DNA of 64,000 nt from a bacterium. GTDB taxonomy: Bacteria; UBA8248. The notes under the pieces were generated by a model that was not told the DNA's origin, searched no databases, and worked only from the letters and a program-made list of their open reading frames with translations. The DNA lies in the NCBI GenBank assembly GCA_965261085.1, contig OZ253442.1, positions 4,096,001 through 4,160,000 on the forward strand. The letters are read 5' to 3'. Below are positions 58,570-64,000 of the stretch, in pieces; the stretch's first letter is position 1, and every line of letters starts with the position of its first letter. The position numbers were made by a program, and so were the translations under genes.

Positions 58570-58610
58570 AAAAAAAGAGAGCGGGATGCAACGTCCCGCT
58601 CTTCTTTTTT
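58570..58610. terminator. Bidirectional intrinsic terminator
   Basis: A-tract, agagcgggat-gcaac-gtcccgctct, T-tract. Confidence 0.85.
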
Positions 58611-58806
58611 ATCCGCTCTTGGCTTCCAGTTTCCGCATTTCGATTTCAAGCTGCTGGAGCCTGTTCTTGATCATGTTGAAGTCGTACTCGAACCCCTCGG
58701 CGAGCAGCATCAGGCCTTTATACAACTGGTGTTTTTCCGGTTCCTCCTCCTCGTTCACCGAGTCGAACATCTCGACGAAAACCTCTCTTGCATGATGAAA
58801 GCTCAA
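58609..58806 (-). CDS. Small coiled-coil hypothetical protein
   Basis: aaggagg RBS, TTG start, terminator directly after its stop. Confidence 0.7.
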   Translation of the reverse strand: MSFHHAREVFVEMFDSVNEEEEPEKHQLYKGLMLLAEGFEYDFNMIKNRLQQLEIEMRKLEAKSG

Positions 58807-58941
58807 CGCGCATTCCTCCTTTTAGAATGAACACTACGAAGTGAAGTAATAATCCTTTTTGCGGGAAGAACCCCGCTTGTATCTCTGCTTGAATCCATCG
58901 CACCGACAAATAAACCACAACGCACTCAAGGAGTCATCTTC

Positions 58942-59439
58942 ATGCCGGAAAGACCGAACACGCCGCAAGTCATCCTCCGCCACATCCAGGGCACACAGCT
59001 TCAGATGTTCACCACCACGGGCAAGCACTCCTACGTGCTCGACGAGCCGGAAACCCGAGGAGGCACGGACCTGGCCGCCACTCCGTTTGAGTTCTTCATC
59101 GCCGGACACGCGGGCTGAGGCCTCTACACGCTGCTGGGAGCAGCGAAGGCCAAGGGCATCCACATCGAGGACGTGGAAGTCCACGCGGAGTTCAAGCGAA
59201 ACATCTCGCCGAAGTTTCACGGCGATTATCACGGGGACCCGGAGCGAAGAAAACTCGCCATCGGCGTCATTCGCACGAGCTATTACATCCACGGCGACGT
59301 ATCCGAGGAGCAAAAGGCGGAGCTTCTCGATGAGCTCGACAACTGCCCCATCCACAACACGCTGATGACGCCGCCCAAGCTCGAGGAGCGAATCGTCGTA
59401 TTAGGAGAAGACGAAACCGCACCCAATGAAGTTTCATAA
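58942..59439 (+). CDS. OsmC/Ohr-like selenoprotein (Sec at TGA 59116-59118)
   Basis: DEPETRGGTDLAATPFEFFIAGHAG-U-GLYT...NCPIHNTL; the frame continues through TGA; aaggag RBS; SECIS-like hairpin. Confidence 0.88.
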
Positions 59440-59475
59440 TGGCGGAGAAAGAAGACGGTTTTTCAGAATCGGGAA

Positions 59476-59949
59476 TCAATAGGAAATCGTATCGTCCATC
59501 TGCTCCCACAACCTGAAGGATTCGAGCGCTTCACTCTCCAGGAGCCGCGTTGCATCCAGTTTTCTCTCATGAACCGGCAAGGTAATTTCCTTGTAGAGAA
59601 ATTCATCGGAAAACCCAATCGCATCGGCCTCAACGATGGTATTTCCATAAAACATGCGCTCAATCCTCGCCCAGTAAATGGCGCTCAAACACATCGGGCA
59701 AGGCTCGCAACTCGTGTATAACTCACACCCGGACAAATCGAAATTTTTCAGTTTCGCGCTGGCCGCCCGTATGGCGAGCATTTCGGCATGGGCGGTGGGA
59801 TCGCAAGAAGTCGCCACCCGGTTCGTGCCCTCGCCGATAATCTCGCCGTCCTTGACGACGACCGACCCGAAAGGCCCGCCCAGCCCCTCCCTCACGTTTT
59901 GAGAAGCGAGCGATATCGCCCTTCTCATGAAAGATTCCCGAGTCGTCAT
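59476..59949 (-). CDS. guaD: Nucleoside deaminase, Bacillus GuaD-type guanine deaminase-like
   Basis: GGPFG, DPTAHAE, SCEPCPMC, GFSDEFLY. Confidence 0.82.
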   Translation of the reverse strand: MTTRESFMRRAISLASQNVREGLGGPFGSVVVKDGEIIGEGTNRVATSCDPTAHAEMLAIRAASAKLKNFDLSGCELYTSCEPCPMCLSAIYWARIERMFYGNTIVEADAIGFSDEFLYKEITLPVHERKLDATRLLESEALESFRLWEQMDDTISY

Positions 59950-60159
59950 TTTCGCTATCTCCCGTTTGGTTCCACTTTTTCGCCGCTGTTTGCTCTTCGG
60001 CGCGTTTTAAGTTTTTCTCCAGATTCGCCTCATCATAACTTGTTTTTGGAATGGTTTACATTCATTTTGTAGGTTCTTCTTTATCGTTCTCCAAAAACCG
60101 GAGCCTGGAACGAGAGAGGCGCCACTTTGTGAAATTCGCAACCCAAAAAGGAATTGATG

Positions 60160-61062
60160 ATGAAAATCGGATTTATCGGACTGGGAAACATGGGGGCGGG
60201 CATGGCTGCCAACCTCCAGAAAGCTGGCTATGAGCTCGTCGTACACGACATCGCCCCGGAAGCGGCGGCTGAGCACTTAGAAAGAGGCGCCCTCTGGGCG
60301 GACACTCCCGAAGAGGTGGCCCGCGCATGTGAAATCATCTTCACTTCCCTGCCCGGCCCCAAAGAAGTCGAGAGCGTCGCCACGGGGCCGAACGGCATCC
60401 TCTCAGGCATCAGCGCGGGAAAAGTCTATATCGACTTGAGCACGGGATACCCCACCATCGTCCGCAGCATCCACCAGAAGTTCGCAGAAACAGGCGCGCA
60501 CATGCTGGACGCCCCCGTGAGCGGCTCCACCATAGGCGCGAACACGGGACGCCTCGCGATCATGGTGGGGGGCGATAAAGAGGTGTATGAGCGCTGCAAG
60601 CCCGTACTCGACGCCATCGGGGACCGCCCCACCTACACCGGCGGCATCGGCACCGGCACCGTCTGCAAGCTCGCCCACAACTGTCTGGGCTACGGCATTC
60701 AGGCCATTGCGGCGGAATGCTACACCCTGGGCGTCAAGGCGGGCGCCGATCCCAAAGCCGTGGCCGAGACGATCTTAAACGGCGCGGTGGGCCGGGGCGT
60801 ACACTTTCACTTCGTCTTCCCCGAAACTCTCTTCAAGGGAAAATTCGACGAGCCCCACTTTCCCATGAAGGGCGCGGTGAAAGACGTAGGGCTGGCGCTT
60901 GAGCTCAGCCGCGAGTATGACGTGCCCATGGCGATAGGCAACATCGCCTACGGGGAACTCATTGCGGGCGTGAACCGAGGATGGGGAGAGGATGACGCCA
61001 GGCGCGCCATGACGCTCCAGGAAGAGCGCGCGGGCGGCGCGCAGATGCGGATTTCAGAATAG
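60160..61062 (+). CDS. 3-hydroxyisobutyrate dehydrogenase-family NAD(P)-dependent oxidoreductase
   Basis: FIGLGNMG, LDAPVSG, IMVGG, KLAHN. Confidence 0.92.
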   Translation: MKIGFIGLGNMGAGMAANLQKAGYELVVHDIAPEAAAEHLERGALWADTPEEVARACEIIFTSLPGPKEVESVATGPNGILSGISAGKVYIDLSTGYPTIVRSIHQKFAETGAHMLDAPVSGSTIGANTGRLAIMVGGDKEVYERCKPVLDAIGDRPTYTGGIGTGTVCKLAHNCLGYGIQAIAAECYTLGVKAGADPKAVAETILNGAVGRGVHFHFVFPETLFKGKFDEPHFPMKGAVKDVGLALELSREYDVPMAIGNIAYGELIAGVNRGWGEDDARRAMTLQEERAGGAQMRISE

Positions 61063-61075
61063 GAGATTTTGCGGG

Positions 61076-62080
61076 ATGAAACACGGTATCGCCATGCTGC
61101 CCCCTGCGCCCGAGACCTACGCGCACTGGTGCCGGCTCTCCGAGGAGGCGGGCTTTGACGTCATCTGGGTGCCGGATTCCCAGTCTCTCTACAGAGAGCT
61201 GTACGTTTCATGCGCCATCTGCGCGGCTAACACCACGCGTGCGCTGCTGGGTCCCAACGTCACCAACCCGCTCACGCGCCACCCGGCGACGGCGGCGAGC
61301 GCCATCGCCACGGTGGACGAGTTCTCGGGGGGCCGCGCGTTGTTCGGAATCGCCACGGGCGACAGCGCCGTCCTGAACCTGGGGTTACGCCCCGGACGGG
61401 TGGACGACATGAGAGACTACGTGCTCGCCATGCGCGGGATGCTCGAAGAAGGTGCTGCGCACTACCAGGGAAAACCCTGCACGCTGAACTGGCATAAAAA
61501 GCGCATCCCGCTCTACATCGCCGCCGAGGGGCCGCGCACCATCCGGCTTGCGGGCGAGATAGCGGACGGCGTCACAATCGGAACCGGCCTCACTCCTGAA
61601 GTTGTGGCCGATTCCCTCACCTGGCTCGAGGAGGGCGCGAGAAAATCGGGCCGCAAACTGAGCGACTTGGACATCTGGTGGCTGGCGAAGGTGAACGTGC
61701 GCGAAGACGGCGAGACCGCGCGGGAGGAGATTCGCATGGCGCTTGCCGCGAGCGCGCACCACGCCTTTCGCTTCACGCTCGAGGGCAAGCGAATCCCCAG
61801 AGAACTGCTCTCCGCCGTCGAGACCCTCAAAAAAGAATACGCGTTTCACGAACACGAGATGGTGGACAAGCAGACGAACGCCGAACTCGTGGACAGGCTC
61901 GGCCTTCGCGAGTACCTGCTCGATCGCTTCGCTATCGCAGGCTCCCCCGCCGAATGCAGAGAAAAGGTGAAGGCCATGAAAGCAACCGGCGTCGAGAACT
62001 TGAGAATCGCCGCACACGTTCACGATAAGCCCGCCTTCATCCGGGCGTGGGGCCGCGAGATTATCAGCCAAATCAAGTAA
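61076..62080 (+). CDS. LLM-class oxidoreductase, Mer-like, probably F420-dependent
   Basis: PDSQSLYRE, VTNPLTRHP, GIATGDSA, AAEGP. Confidence 0.88.
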   Translation: MKHGIAMLPPAPETYAHWCRLSEEAGFDVIWVPDSQSLYRELYVSCAICAANTTRALLGPNVTNPLTRHPATAASAIATVDEFSGGRALFGIATGDSAVLNLGLRPGRVDDMRDYVLAMRGMLEEGAAHYQGKPCTLNWHKKRIPLYIAAEGPRTIRLAGEIADGVTIGTGLTPEVVADSLTWLEEGARKSGRKLSDLDIWWLAKVNVREDGETAREEIRMALAASAHHAFRFTLEGKRIPRELLSAVETLKKEYAFHEHEMVDKQTNAELVDRLGLREYLLDRFAIAGSPAECREKVKAMKATGVENLRIAAHVHDKPAFIRAWGREIISQIK

Positions 62081-62097
62081 TCAAAGAGGATATCTTC

Positions 62098-63099
62098 ATG
62101 AGACACGGTATTTCATTCAGACCGCCCGACACGGATTCATTCGCCCATTGGTGCAGATGTGCGGAAGAACTCGGCTTCGATGCGGTATTCATCCCCGATA
62201 CCCAATCCCTTTATCGGGAGGTGTACGTGTCGAGCGCGATATGCGCGATGGAGACGAGTGAGATCATCTTCGGCCCATGCGTCACGAACCCCGTCACGCG
62301 GCACCCGGCGGTTGCCGCGAGCGCAATAGGCACCATCAGCGAACTATCGGGCGGGCGCGCCTTCTGGGGTATAGCCACGGGCGACAGCGCAGTGTTGAAC
62401 TTAGGGCTTAGACCCGCGAAGCTCGCCGAGATGCGCGAATACATCCTCGCCGTGCGGGGAATGCTCGAAGAGGGAAGCGCCCAGTACAAAGGGAAAACCA
62501 ACCGGCTGAGCTGGCACAAATCCCACGTGCCCATCCACATCGCCGCGGAAGGCCCCAAGACACTGCGCCTGGCGGGCGAGGTGGCCGACGGCGTCATCAT
62601 CGGAACCGGCCTCATCCCCGAAGTCATCGCGGACACGCTCGCCTTCATCGACGAGGGTGCCAAGAAATCAGGCAAAAGGGTGGAGGATCTGGATCTGTGG
62701 TGGCTGGTGGACGCCCACGTGGACGCAGACGGCGAGCGCGCCCGCGAGGACATCCGCACCGCTCTCGCCGCGAGCGCGCATCATTCCTTCGCCTTCACGA
62801 TGGAGGGCAAACGAATTCCTAAGGAACTCGAATCCGCCATCCGAGCGCTCAGAGACGGTTATCAGACATCCGAGCACGGCTTCATGAACAAATCGAACAA
62901 CGCAGGCCTAGTCGATGAGTTCGGACTGAGAGATTACCTGGCCGAGCGCTTCGCCATCGTCGGCACGCCCGCTGAATGCCAAAAGAGGCTGGAAGACCTG
63001 GAAAACCTGGGCGTCAAGGGGCTTCGCATCAACAACAACCTGCCCGACCGGACGGTCTTCATGAACGCCTGGAGCAAGGAGGTGCGACAGATCGCGTAA
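62098..63099 (+). CDS. LLM-class oxidoreductase, tandem paralog of 61076-62080
   Basis: PDTQSLYRE, VTNPVTRHP, GIATGDSAVLNLGLRP, ALAASAHH shared with the upstream gene. Confidence 0.88.
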   Translation: MRHGISFRPPDTDSFAHWCRCAEELGFDAVFIPDTQSLYREVYVSSAICAMETSEIIFGPCVTNPVTRHPAVAASAIGTISELSGGRAFWGIATGDSAVLNLGLRPAKLAEMREYILAVRGMLEEGSAQYKGKTNRLSWHKSHVPIHIAAEGPKTLRLAGEVADGVIIGTGLIPEVIADTLAFIDEGAKKSGKRVEDLDLWWLVDAHVDADGERAREDIRTALAASAHHSFAFTMEGKRIPKELESAIRALRDGYQTSEHGFMNKSNNAGLVDEFGLRDYLAERFAIVGTPAECQKRLEDLENLGVKGLRINNNLPDRTVFMNAWSKEVRQIA

Positions 63100-63250
63100 C
63101 AAACTTAAATTCAGCGTGAGTGAAGCCCAAAGCCTTACTGGGTGGATACTATGGGTTCCCCTCGGGCCGCCGCTTCGGTTAGAATGACTGGAAATTATCG
63201 AAACAGGCGAATTTCGACTTCCCCGGACAATCTCTCACAGGAGGGTGGAC

Positions 63251-63805
63251 ATGACCGAGATGACGAAGCAAAAAGAAAAAATTCTCGTGTACGAACCCGT
63301 GGCGGAGGCCTCGGGCGAGAGCGCGGTCATGGCCGCGCGGCCCGAGAGCTTAAACGGCAAGAGCGTCGGCCTCATCAACAACACCAAGGATTTTACGGAT
63401 GAGATTTTAGGCGTCATGGGCGCCGCGCTTGAGAAACAGTTCCCCGGCGTGCGCGTCGTGCGCTACAGAAAAGAATCCGTGAGCGGCGCATCGCCTGCCC
63501 TCATGGAGCAGGTGGAAGGACAGTGCGACGCCGTCGTTTCCGCTCTTGGCGACTGAGGCTCCTGCACGTCGTGGAGTATCCACGACAGCGTCGCTTTAGA
63601 GAAAAGAGGGCTGGCCACGGTCACCATCGTTACCGACGCGTTTGAGACCTACGCCAGGCAACTCACCAAGCTGCACAAGATGCGCGACCTTCCTCTCATA
63701 GCGCTTCCCCATCCCATCGCGGGCAGAAAGCGCGAGGAGGTGGATGAGATGTCGGCGGAAGCGAGTGCGTATCTGGCAGCAGCCCTCACGCAGGCGAGTA
63801 GGTGA
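63251..63805 (+). CDS. UGSC-motif selenoprotein (Sec at TGA 63554-63556)
   Basis: ALGD-U-GSCTSWSIHD...LEKRG...PHP; the frame continues 82 sense codons to TGA 63803; SECIS-like hairpin. Confidence 0.9.
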
Positions 63806-63812
63806 TACAAAG

Positions 63813-64000
63813 ATGGACACGCCGAAGCCTGCCCGGCAGATAGCGCTCGATGAAGACCCAAGCGCGATATTCGATCACTTCTACGAAGAGGGCTGGACGG
63901 ACGGGCTGCCCATCATCCCGCCGACGGAGGAGCGCGTTGCAGAAACCCTGCGCTTCACGGACTATGCGCCGCAAGATGTGGTCGCCCTCGTCCCGCCCGG
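63813..64000 (+). CDS. Partial conserved hypothetical protein, partner of UGSC proteins
   Basis: GWTDGLPIIPPTEERV motif; runs off the window end. Confidence 0.8.
   Translation, partial: MDTPKPARQIALDEDPSAIFDHFYEEGWTDGLPIIPPTEERVAETLRFTDYAPQDVVALVPP

Noticed and set aside
77-63974. Numerous long overlapping or antisense ORFs (e.g. 77-1210, 10303-12027, 44024-45388, 52754-54073, 54034-56094)
   Set aside because: Shadow frames of recognisable genes in GC-rich DNA; Arg/Gly/Ala-rich with no motifs.
1-64000. CRISPR array, rRNA, IS transposase or integrase
   Set aside because: No regularly spaced repeats, rRNA signatures or recombinase/transposase motifs were seen.

Overview
GC-rich bacterial chromosomal window. 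The gene content (F420 biosynthesis, many luciferase-like oxidoreductases, selenoproteins) is reminiscent of Tectomicrobia/Nitrospinota-like lineages, but taxonomy is only an inference. It contains a DUF1302-DUF1329-YCF48-RND cluster, a CUT1 ABC importer, many catabolic and redox enzymes, a hemE-hemH-hemY operon, tRNA-Cys, glgX-glgB and a complete cofG-cofH-frhB-like-nitroreductase-cofD-cofC-cofE F420 operon. The main surprise is a compact, intact, apparently self-contained phage head/neck/tail-tube operon (50.4-56.6 kb). It encodes a protease-scaffold-Mu gpT-like capsid fusion, adaptor, neck, tail terminator, tail tube and a tail chaperone with a probable +1 frameshift. No terminase, portal, tape measure, integrase or lysis gene is nearby, and host genes flank it directly, so it is a candidate domesticated/GTA-like particle system. 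Features missed by the ORF track include two UGA-readthrough selenoproteins (OsmC-like and UGSC-motif) with SECIS-like hairpins, a ykkC subtype-2-like riboswitch ahead of an EamA transporter, a c-di-AMP-riboswitch-like RNA just downstream of a diadenylate cyclase, an AT-richer RxxxxH (HEPN-like) gene, and a 34-bp direct repeat pair around an LLM gene. All calls come from reading the sequence; no database searches were run.
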